Source of the DNA: Auanema rhodensis
Taxonomy: Eukaryota; Animalia; Nematoda
DNA: 64,000 nucleotides
Direction of reading: 5' to 3'
Assembly: GCA_964057225.1 (NCBI GenBank)
Contig: OZ059899.1
Location: 14,198,001-14,262,000 of the forward strand
This document shows positions 52,843 to 64,000 of the stretch, piece by piece. Under the pieces are notes generated by a model. It saw only the letters and a program-made list of their open reading frames with translations, did not search any database and had not been told where the DNA came from. Within the stretch, counting starts at the first letter, position 1, and every line of letters starts with the position of its first letter. The translations under genes and the position numbers were made by a program.

Positions 52843-54470
52843 GTGAGTTCATTTCGCTCTCGTATATCATCAGTAGATGAAAGAATTAGCAAACAAATGA
52901 ATAATGGTATTCTTATGTTGACGGTAAGACATGGAAAGTAAAAAGCTAGAGCATATTAAGCTGTAAGCATTATATATGGACTTTAAAAACATTGCAATCA
53001 AGCTTAGTAAGCATTAAAAAAACTTAACTATAATAATTATAACGTTAAAAACATCTGTATTCACATAATTAGTAGTAATTAATTATTATTTTTTTGCTGT
53101 TATAATTCTCTCAGAAAGAAAATTTAATACTCGACGCGAGCTATGTTGTGTCTGTTTTCTTCATTCGATCTTAGTCATCTGGAGTCTCATGAAAACGATT
53201 TGCTATTTGGGAATCTTTTCAATATCTGAAGCATGGCCGGAACAAGCAGTCCATTTCCCAAATTGTCGACTTATCATTAACATTCTCTTCTTCTGAATCT
53301 AATTCAATCGCCAACGTCAAAAAAATCGGAAAAAGAACTAACTATGCTCTCTCTATCTCTCTCTCTCTCTTATTTTCTCTCAATCTTTAAGAATATTTTT
53401 TTTCATCAAAAATAGCTAATGGATATCAGAAGTAGTGAGCAAAAACGAGAAAATTTTTAAGAGTTTATGCCCGGAGAAAATCTAGAGAGAATGAAGAGAA
53501 AGAGAGAAAGAGAGAGAAATAGTAAAAAAGAAAGAGATAATAAGCTAGGATTGAATGAAAAATGTTAAATATGCTTTTCGTATGTTCACTTCAAGTGAGC
53601 ATAGGCAGTACGACGGCATCGGCGTTCATAACGCTGACGACGACGAAAGATAGAGAATCTGAGAGAATACATTTTGCTTTTCCTTTTGACGATTCCATTG
53701 CCTGTTTTCCAACGTTTTCGCAGATGCCTTCTACATACTTTTCTCACTTGTCATGCTATTTTTCTATGATTTGTAGTATAGGCTTCTTGCTCTTCCGCCA
53801 ACCCTTCTCTGGACGCCCTGCCCCTCTCTTCCAATCCAAATTCTTCACTGGCGCGTCCTACTCTTCTTATCTGTCTGATACGTCTCTCAGCTTTCACAAT
53901 CAGATTTTATTTTATTTATAGCTTATTAGCGTTTAGTTTGCAACTTGAATATCAATGTTTAACCAATAAATTCCTAATAATCAGTTTATTCAAGCTTGAA
54001 AATTAGGATATGATCTCTCTTTGATATCACTAACTCCCCCCCCCCCACCCCCTATCTTAAACATTAAATTTTAATAAAAAAATTTCGGAACGAGAAGTAA
54101 ATACTGGATTTATTTGAGATATTGAACTACTTTCCTTCACAATGTTATGAACTTCCACAAACGGCTGTGTAGATACATCTGACATATAGCCTGGCCAAGC
54201 TTTACTAACGTCATCCTCCAACAATCCAGACTTGAGACGTTTTCCTTCATTCTCTTGACTAGATATATTTGCCTTTCTTCTGTCTGATATGTATGTACAT
54301 ATATGCAAAACGGAGGCCAAATTTGAGTATATTTTGGAGAAAAAAAATTTTTTTTTCTTAGCCATTTGGTTAAAAAAAAACAGAACGAAGGAGCATCATA
54401 CAAGCATCTCATCTGAGCTCAAAGCCTCCATATGTTGGAATGAAATGACATCAGCAGCTGTATTTCAGAG

Positions 54471-54472
<2 letters not shown>

Positions 54473-54527
<55 letters not shown>

Positions 54528-54582
54528 CAGAGAGAGAGAAAGAGAGAGAAAGACCGTCAGAGAGAGAGAGAGAGAGAGAGAG
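54473..54582. repeat. Compound (GA)n microsatellite
   Basis: Directly visible. Confidence 0.9.
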
Positions 54583-56139
54583 ATTAGATTGTTCTCCCTT
54601 TTGAGTTGCGAAAACTAAAAAAATTGTTTTTTTTCTCTCTGCAATTGTCCAATAGCTAAGCAAAAAATTATTTGCTTTTGCTAACTTACTACGTGATCTG
54701 GACAACTTATCTATCCTATCCATCTTGTATTATCGCATCTCAAGTTTGGACAATGATACGAGCTTGATAAGAGCATGAGACAGAAGCCCATAGCTACCTA
54801 GTCTCAATACAAATGGAGATTTAAAGATGAATTCAGACGAAGAGAAGGAGACAGAGAAAGAAAGAGAGAAAGAGAGGAATCCAGATAGAGGGATAAAGAG
54901 AAAAAAATGAGAGATGAAAATGAAGTGAGAAGATAGGGCATTGTATTTCAAAATAAAATATTTTATTCCTGATTTTCAGCAGAGGAAATACCTTTTTTTG
55001 GCTTCGAAATAAGTCTTCAAGCATTTACATAAAGCACAAAAATTGCGTTTTGTTTTTCATCTTAGTTTCTTTTATTTTTTTTTTGGACAACAAAAATCTT
55101 TTACGTCGTCTTACTCTGCTTCTGCTCTTACAATGGGGGGTGCAGCAGTACGAGAAGGAGGGAGATTGATAGAGAGAAAGAGGGAGAGAGGGGGGGAGAA
55201 GAATGGTAATGGTAATGAGGAAGGAAGGTGTAAGAGAAGAAGCTAAAGTTGTGAACGAAATAGCCTTAAGCAGCAACCATTTCTGTTAATTTCGAAAAAT
55301 TTTTGAATAAAGAGGGGAAAAAATCGAAAGCGTTGTTGAAGGCAGGGTAAAGCTGCTGCTGAAGTAGCATCCCAACTGCTACGTTGTACGTCGATCATCT
55401 TGTTGTTTGAGATTCACTATGTGTTCGTTCGTTTTTCATCTCTCGTGCTCAACATGCAGCTCTACCACATCTTCTATTTCATCTTGTCAACCTCAATTGG
55501 AATTAATTTCCTTTTTGCCATAATTGTCTGTGTACGTTAGTGTCGAGGTTTCTGCCAGAAATCTCCCTCCGATAGAGCTTTTAGCCACATCGGTTGGAGC
55601 TCAGCAAACTTCCCGTCATACAATTTCAAGTAGAGATTCAGCATTCTGCAGCTCTGCTTTTAATTTTTTTGCTCTCCAGGCCATCCCTCCCCCAACTCTT
55701 TCTCTCTAATCTCTAATTCGTGCTCTTTCTCACCCTGTGAGTCTTCACGAGCTCTACCTCTTGCTCTCAATTTTTTTTTCGGAAACAATTTCTCGTTGAA
55801 GATGACAAACTTCAAGTTTCATATATACACGTATATGACCTTCGAGTTATGACCTGAGGCTATAGCAGTAGATAATGACGTATCTTTCGTCATTATCGGC
55901 GTCATCACCGTCGTTCTGAACGATGATGACGATATGCTATGTTTCAGCTTCAGCTCTCGAATCTCCAAGTTTTAAAGTTTGCAACTTAAGCTAATCTTGT
56001 GTTTCCCAAATTATTGGTGTTCTTTCATTATTTTCGCTTTGATCTTTATATTAACAATCGAAACAAATCTTTTTCTCTTAATATTAGACTGAAAGGTGTT
56101 GTTACAAAAGGACTTGGAGACCTAGATGGTACTTCTTCT

Positions 56140-56208
56140 ATGGTCTTTACGAGTAGTAAACCGGCCAGGAAACTCACACAACTTCTCATATCTAATGGAT
56201 ATATACGG
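56140..56208 (+). CDS. Candidate alternative first coding exon of unc-103 (MVFTSSKPARKLTQLLISNGYIR)
   Basis: Phase-0 donor CGG|GTATGT at 56209 and an upstream acceptor TTAG ending at 56087. It lies downstream of exon 1A, within the presumed first intron. No recalled homology. Confidence 0.4.
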
Positions 56209-56775
56209 GTATGTCAAATATTGTAATTTTTCTATTTTAACTATATGCATATAATTAAATTTAAATTTATTTATTCTATATATATTTCTGTTATAATGGA
56301 CTTATTGGAGTTAAAAACATAAAAGCATTTCCTTTATCCTGTATTGATTAGAGTATTCGTCGTAACTCATGTTCTCCTGAACATCTCATCGCACCAGATG
56401 ATCTGATTTTTTTTGTTTGTGTAACTATACGATATTATGCAGATTATATGATATAGTAGCTATATAGATATACAAAATATATTTATTTATTCTCTATCTA
56501 TTCCATATTCTGTTAACTATATATTCATTCGACTAGACTTTGATTGTCGCTGCCTCCTGCATACAACTCGACGTAAACTAACAAGCAGCTTGTTCAAAAA
56601 AAGAAATCGTGGACTCTTCGTTACACATTTTTCTCGTTATATTTGTGAGAAAATCTGATGATGTCATGAAGATTTGTCATCCATATAGTATATAACATAT
56701 AAATATTTATGTATAACTATATATATATAATCAAGTTTTTATAAATAATATAGTTAAATTTACAAATCAAATATC

Positions 56776-56823
<48 letters not shown>

Positions 56824-59800
56824 ACATTTTTCTGTTTCATATAATTACCTCATGTGGTTGTGGTAATGCGGGTAGTGATGACCTATGCAGTCATCGAATA
56901 GTGCTACTACTCCTGCAGATTTTCATGCTGATTCTGATGTTGCTAATGTGTGTGTGGGGGTTATTCAAGCTGACACTCATAAAGCAATTGCTCATCATGA
57001 ATCAATGAAACCCGAATTTATGGTTGACATCGTACACACATCTCTTCACATCTTCAATTCATGCAAACAACCCCACTAGATCATGAACAGAACGATGATG
57101 TGCTTGCTTACTGATTCCTTCTTGAGCAAGCTCGAAAGCTCAAAGTATCATATGATATATGTAGAGATGCGATAGATTTATAGCCTGACCGATTGTTTCA
57201 AGCTATCTGATGAGGAAATAAATCGTTCATCAGTGTCGTCAACGTGTCGTCGTTGTCGTTATGGTAGTCATCGTCGTTGTATTCTTCCTGTCTGTCGCCG
57301 TCGTCGTTGTCATCACGTAGAACGGAAGTATGCAGATAGTTAAAGATGTTGAATGAAGCTAGAAAAGGATAGAAGTGGTCACTGTTAAAAGAAGGAAACA
57401 ATAAAGATTTGTCGGGAAAATATGTGAGATTCATCTTAACTATTCAATAGTTCTTCGTGAATGTAGTGCAAGATTCTTAATCGGAGACATCAGCATTCAC
57501 GCTTCTCATCATCATGAGTACTTGCAACCTCACCGCAGTCCTTCATAAGCCTTTGTTCATTCATTGGACCGCTTTAAATAATTCAGGCAAAGCATGTTAC
57601 TCATCTTCTGAGATCGTCGTTGACCCGTCTCTCATGTCCAAGTTTGGCCTATTTGTTAGAACTTGCACATCAATAGCAGCGATTTTGATACAACAACGCG
57701 CTTTAGACATCTGGCTAATCGCGGCAATCTGAAATGAATCAGTAAACTCAAACTATTTGTAGTTTTTGCTCCAGAAAGAAAACTGCTGGTAGTATGAATG
57801 TGGCAAAGCCCGAAGAACATCAGGAACATCGTACTCGCATATCTTCAATGAATCAACTGATTGAAAATGAGAAAAGGCTGAACAATGATGATGAGAAATG
57901 AGAAAAGAAAAAAGAAAATTATGTGAAAAAAGAGATTCAGAGAGATATATGGAGAGAAATACAAGAGCAATACAGAGAGAGAGGTAGACAGCTTGATGAG
58001 AAGGAAAACTTCATCTTCGAGCTTGAACAGATATGAGTGAGAGAGAAGTTGAATGGAAAGATGATAACAAGCAGGTGGACAGCAAGTCTTCTGGTCAGAC
58101 CGAAGAGAGAGCATGTCCAAGCAGATTCATCCGTTAAATCTGCCAACTGCATCTTTGTTCCTCAAGTTCTGCTTCAGTTTCCCATCCTTTTCCCTTTCTC
58201 TCTCACTCCCCTTTTCTACTTGTTCACTCTAATGCTTCTGAGCTTTACTATCACTCTCACTTACATTCTCTCATCGTCATCTTCTTCTCTTTTACTTGAA
58301 GGCTTCTTCCCAGCGCCCTAACAGCTATCTCTCTATTCCACCCCTTACCCTCTCCCCACCCATCCTTGCCTCTTCACAATGCCTCAGACAAACTACTTGG
58401 TCGTTGAAAAGAAAAGGAACAGAATGAAAAGTAGAAGAAGGGAGGAGCAACACAGCAGACGAAGACAATAATTGATTGTCGCAGCTGCATTAGCTATTAT
58501 CTAACAGCTTTTTCTCCTTCGTCTCTGTCTTCTCTTCGTTTCTTCTGTCTTCTTCATGTTCTTCTTATCCTTTGACGACCGTCAACCTTCCCATCATCAT
58601 CGTCATCAACACAGTTACCATAACTAGCCATTCTCAGTGCTTTGCTCTTCTCAATGCCTCTTTCTACTTACTCTTTCACCTAACCCTGTCTGCATCATGT
58701 ACGTCTTCGCCCCCTCTTCCTTACCTCACCAAAGAACATGGTTGTCCCTGCTTGTGTCGATTTCCATCTTCACATTGTAGCGTCGTAGGGAAGGTGTTAC
58801 CCTCATGTTTGACGTTGTCATCGTCTCATCTCATCATCATTGCTATTCTGAGACATGTAGCACATATCTCCTTCTCTTTCATCCTCTTCCTCGTTCTATC
58901 TCTCCATCGCATGCCTTCTGGGGACAGAAGCAGAGGCATATGTGTATGATGAATATGATGTTTCATCTGAATGCTTTTTCCTGCTTCACCTCCCTACTAC
59001 ATTTACTTTCGTGTCTGTTGCCTCAGTCTCGATGATGATCACAGACGAACTTCGTTTCAATTCCATTCTTCTCTCATCTTCACCTCCTTTCATTCTTCGT
59101 CTTCTCCCTTACCCTCCAATCTGCCTTTCTTTTTCTCCGTCCGATCGTGCCATAGTTTTCTTCATTTCTTTGACTCACGCCGAATACATCATTCGCCTTT
59201 TCCAGATATTTTCTTCATCCTTCTTCTGTCATTTTTCTCATTTACATGTGTTTTCAGTCTTCTGCACAATCTCCTATCTCGACCACCTCACCCACTACTC
59301 TACTATACCCGTCCTTCCTCCATCTTCCTTCCCGTTCTTCCTCCTGTTAGCCTCCCCCCCATTCTCCTCGCACCCTCTTCCCCCCACATCATCCTCAATA
59401 GCATCCAGATATCCTGTCATATTAATTTTGAAAATGACAAAAAGAAAATGTCTTCAACTGGCCATCTCAGCTATAACTACCCCTCGCAGGCTTCATCTTC
59501 TCACCCCCACACCCTACAACACCCTATTGCACCCTCTCGTACTCAACCTCTCCTCGCAGCCCTACATCAGTTACCCTCAGGCTTTATTTACTCTTCGTAC
59601 AACATACTATTTCATGTCCTGTCAGCCGTTTTTTTCTCCACAAATTAAATATATATTGATTGAATTTTTTTTAAATATTATTGCAAAAATAACACATCAA
59701 AACTTAGTAATCCATCTAATTTATGAGTATTGTTTTTTCCCTCCTTTTCTCACCCGTCTCTTTCTCTTCTGCGGATCTCTCGCCTTTTCGCAGCCCATAA

Positions 59801-59987
59801 TAACTATTGTTCCAAAATTTTTAATTAAAAAATCATATAATTTACTAATATAATTGTTAATAAATTATATTTACCTAGTATTTGTCCTTTTTTACCTGTT
59901 TTGTTTATCAAACTCAAGCAAAAACCAAAAAAGTTATTGAGCTCTTGAGCTCTTGAGCTCATTCAAATCTTGCTCTAGCCCAAGTCC

Positions 59988-60043
<56 letters not shown>

Positions 60044-60633
60044 ATTTATTTATTTTTCTCTTTTACTACTATCTATGTGCCTAGAATGACAATGATTTGA
60101 CTGAATAAAATTATCAAAAAAAAAACATTTTCTTTCAAAGAAAAAAAAAGTCAAAATCATTCTATCACATACATATTGAAATAAAGAAAGCTCTTCTTAT
60201 TCATGTTTCAACAACAATAAGGTTTTTATTGTTAAAAACTTCTTTAAAGCATAATCCATCTGATGGGGTAATATGATTCGATCATCATTTGACATCACCC
60301 ACATCTCATTATGATGTATTATCTCTTTTTAATTTATTACATTGTATTTTTCTTTTCTTTTCGTTGCAAAAAAAAAGTTTTTTTTCTTGAAACAAGAGAA
60401 ATAAACGTTTTTCTTTGTTACTTTATCTTTCTCTTCGTTTTTTTTCTAAAAATTTATCAAATATCAGCACTTATGTAAGAGGAACCCTACTCCCTGCCCT
60501 GATGTCTGCCAGCCACCACCCCCCTTACAACTACACGAGCATTTTCTTTGTTTTAAGTATGAATGTCAAGTGAAATTGAAATTTCTCTTCTCTGACCCTA
60601 CTTCTCTACTACTTTCTCTCTGTCTTTTTGTTT

Positions 60634-60670
<37 letters not shown>

Positions 60671-61754
60671 TTTATCCTTGCTTTGCCCATATGTCCAGAG
60701 GTTCAAGTTCATAAGGATTCGTAACGCTTTCTTCGAACAAGTTTTCAGAAAGAATTTTCATATTCATGACCAATTGATACTTAGCAAACTACAAGTCATG
60801 TATTGAACTTTTGTCTTTATGCAGGAGCAAGCAGAAAAAATATCTTTTCTTCGGTGTCAACTCTGCTGCTCCAAAAGCTTCGAAAAATATGAAAAAATAT
60901 AAACGAGGAAGTAATATCTTATGGCTCTCTCTATCTCTCTCTATCTCTCTCTTTTCTCTCTCCCTCTCTCTCTCTCTCTATCTGATTACCTCTGTGTGTT
61001 ATGAACTAAGTGCTTAACTATAATACAAGAATAGTTCATACATGACCACAAGGCCATACTGATTAGCTGTATAAGCTCTATTTCTTAGATCAATATAAGA
61101 GGTGGAAGGGGTGGGGAGGGTGGTAGAAGAAACTAAAAATAGGAAACATGCAAAGCAAAATAGCAGAATACTTTGCAGCCTCGTCTCTATACATAGCCAC
61201 TTAGATATATAGAGCAGCCGTGAGTGCATGAGATATCATATCTCTTGAAGTGACAAGAGTTAAACAAGTGAAAAGAAGCCGCAAAAAAGCTGAGAAAAAG
61301 TTAATTAGTAAAAAAAAAACATTTTTTTTTTGTTTTAAAGTTTCATTACGTCCTTTTATACTTTTTATCTAATTTGAAAAATTGTGGAGGTGGCGCTTCT
61401 TTTAATTATTTAATTAGAAAACTAAGCAACACAGGAAACTTCACTACTATACGTTTCTTGAAAAAGAAGAGACAAAAGAAAATAAACAACAACCTTTTTT
61501 CCATAATTATTTCCTCTCCATTCAACTACTTTGTATAAGATTTGCCTTTTTTCGTCTATTCTCTTATCGATACAATGAATTTTCTTAACTTTTTTCATTG
61601 ATACTCTTGAAATTATTCTAGAAAATGCTTATATTTGACAAAAAAATTTAATGTTTTTGGAAAAAAAACATCAGAAACTGAGATGGCTAGTTTGAGTTAC
61701 TTTCCTTTCCATATTGCACATTACCTTTTTTACTTTTTTCACTTTACCTATCTG

Positions 61755-61808
<54 letters not shown>

Positions 61809-62338
61809 CCTTTCCCTTCTTACTTGTTCTTAATTTATACTTACCAACTTACCTTTCATATTAACCACTTTCGAGACCTTACTTGATGACAAGTATTGAC
61901 TTCTGATTCTCACATCCATTGTTCTTGTCTTCGTATTGGATTTATCGTGCATTTTCAACCAACTTTTCTCTTTACACGTCAGCTCTTCAACTCGACGTCA
62001 TCTCTTCGAATGTCTCGACGACATGGTTTGACGACGTTTGCTACATCTGACGGATAAGTTGTGTGGCAGCGACAACAACGACGACGACGGCAGCGACGTG
62101 GTGGGACTCGTTAACGCTGACACAACGACAGCAACGAGTAACCCTTCCAAGAATTGTAGAGCAGTGCCTTCGTGTGGGGTGTCCACACGACTTCTCTACT
62201 TCACCTTTCTCAGTCCATTTCTCTCGCTTTTCTTCAATCTCTCTGTCAACCTTTTCGTCAGGCGACAATAGCTCTACGACATCTGGAGCAGCACAACATC
62301 CCAACGTCTTATTCCATTACTAGCCAATATATTCTGAA

Positions 62339-62536
62339 ATGGCAACGCCAATGCTACCAACTTCGACGATGACGACGACAACGACGACAGCCGCGACAGC
62401 GGCTGCCAAAAGAAAACCGTCGACAACTTCGACGCTGTCACCTCTTGGTAGACAGCAGCCGAAGCTTTCAATGGTTTCACAGCTTCCAAGAATGTCTCGC
62501 CACAACCACCAGATACTTAGTCCACAAACCTTAGCC
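62339..62536 (+). CDS. Candidate alternative first coding exon of unc-103 (66 aa, MATPMLPTS...MVSQLPRMSRHNHQILSPQTLA)
   Basis: GC-rich ORF with an upstream in-frame stop. It ends at a phase-0 GCC|GTGAGT donor, followed by an abrupt switch to AT-rich intron-like DNA. The assignment to unc-103 is by position and phase only. Confidence 0.55.
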
Positions 62537-64000
62537 GTGAGTTAATTTTAAACCAAAAATATAGTATTAATATCATATAATCTGATTAAATTAATGTAAT
62601 TCAAACACATAAACTACTTTTTAAATTAATTGAGTGAAATGGCCAGTTTATATTTTCAAAATACACATAGTTACATGTTCAAATTCAAGCATTTCAAAGC
62701 TTCTACAACTTGACTATATGTGGTTAACGCTCAGTAATTCGGTCTTCTCTACAGGCTATTCAGAAACTCTTTTTTTTCTTTTTTTTTGTTGCGAAAAAGG
62801 TCGAAAACAAGAACAAAAGCTATTTTTATTCTTGTTTTTAATATATTTATCTTGTATTGGTCAATAATTTTATAATAAATATATTTATTTATTTCAAACA
62901 AATAAACAAATATATAATTATAAATTCATTTTGTATATTATACCGTATATTAACTATATTATATAGCTAACATTTGATTGATATCTACACATATTCTAAT
63001 TTGTAAATATTAACTAACTTTATGCTAATTTTTTACGTGAAAATTCACGTACATCAGTGTAATTTTCATTTTATTTACTGTATGAATGATGTATGTGAAC
63101 GGTTGTTTATCATATTTAATCTATTTATTCAATATAACTATATTCTCTTCTTATATTCAAATCATTCTTCAGAATATAGTATACTGATAAGTATGCTCAG
63201 GTTTTAAAAGCTTTAAACTTGGTTTTTGTTCCAATTCACACTCTATTCTCAATATACTTTGATATTCATTTTCTTATGTAAAATTAATTGCATTTTATTG
63301 CAGTTGGAGTTGAAAATTGAATTTTGGCAACTTTATCAGCATTTTCTCCAACTTAACCCATTGCATCCCCCCACTCTCCGCCTCTTCCTCTTCTCATAAT
63401 CTAACCTCTGAAGCTAAAGCCACGATATGACACTTTTTGTGTTGAATATGAGTGGAAGCTCATAAATAGTGCAGAGGGCTCACAAGGGGCAACAGATATG
63501 TGTAAATTCTTAAGAAGTTTCGGGATTCATGCTTAAGCTGTTTCATCGTCTTGATCGTGATGCTTTCAGAAAGTCGTCGAACTCATGCCAAGCTGACGAG
63601 TTCCTCATCATTAGGTCATCAAGTAGAAACAACACCATTATCATCATTTTCATCATCTGATTATAACGATGATGCAGACGATGTCGATGTTGCAACATTA
63701 TCCTCTTGGCAACATATTGACGACGAGAATGTCAATGTTGATGACGCAAATGATAATGATGATGATGATGAAGTTGAAGAGTAAGGGCATAGTTAATACT
63801 TGAAGGATGTACATTGAATGATGATGAGTGACGTTGTGTTCCTTATTTTCGTCATTTCAGCTTACTAGATTATACATTCGCATGTGTACGGTCAGGGTAT
63901 TTTCTTCATCAGCATCATGAGGTACTGAGTCATGTTGCAACATGTTGAATTGAAAATTGATCTAATTCATAGTTAACATCCCAGTTAACATCACGAAAAA

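Noticed and set aside
58942-59853. Longest ORFs in the track (303 aa and 225 aa)
   Set aside because: They arise from pyrimidine-rich low-complexity DNA that lacks stop codons; overlapping frames are both open, the composition is S/L/F/P-rich, and there is no domain.
11395-61886. Numerous ORFs containing SLSLSL, ERERER, poly-L or poly-S
   Set aside because: They are translations of (CT)n, (GA)n and trinucleotide microsatellites.
63861-63921. Possible further micro first exon (TTTCAG...ATG TGT ACG GTC AGG|GTATTT)
   Set aside because: Several weak competing donors and it lies at the window edge; not supportable.
1-64000. CRISPR arrays, rRNA/tRNA, SL RNA genes, telomeric TTAGGC arrays, intact transposons, prokaryotic systems
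   Set aside because: None seen; the window is intron-rich nematode DNA, and I detected no repeat-spacer structure, transposase/RT motifs or long terminal repeats by eye.

Overview
AT-rich eukaryotic DNA, almost certainly from a rhabditid (clade V-like) nematode: TTTCAG acceptors, many 41-115 nt introns, and proteins close to C. elegans. Most of the supplied ORF track is microsatellite or low-complexity noise, so I rebuilt the real genes by splicing them by hand. (1) A complete 15-exon acc-4 gene (ACC-family Cys-loop chloride channel subunit, 401 aa) at 3781-7164 (+). (2) A 3-exon small thrombospondin type-1 (TSP1) domain protein at 9514-10153 (+). (3) About 42 kb of non-coding DNA rich in (CT)n/(GA)n, followed by the isoform-A first exon of the ERG-like K+ channel gene unc-103 (52684-52842, MKTAVFGRD...GAPPSLTFTPPA) and several more candidate phase-0 first exons. 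The shared unc-103 exons (VLSLGADVLPEYK...) are not in the window and presumably lie beyond its right edge. The most notable unexplained structures are: dispersed clusters of a TTTTACGTGA/TCACGT motif every few kb; a 27-bp stem-loop at 17282-17366 whose imperfections are almost all G-U compatible on the + strand only; a pervasive TTAACTAT motif; and decayed coding-like fragments (IQ-like, Ig-like). I recognised no rRNA, tRNA, CRISPR array or intact transposon. Gene identities come from recalled C. elegans sequences, not from a database search.
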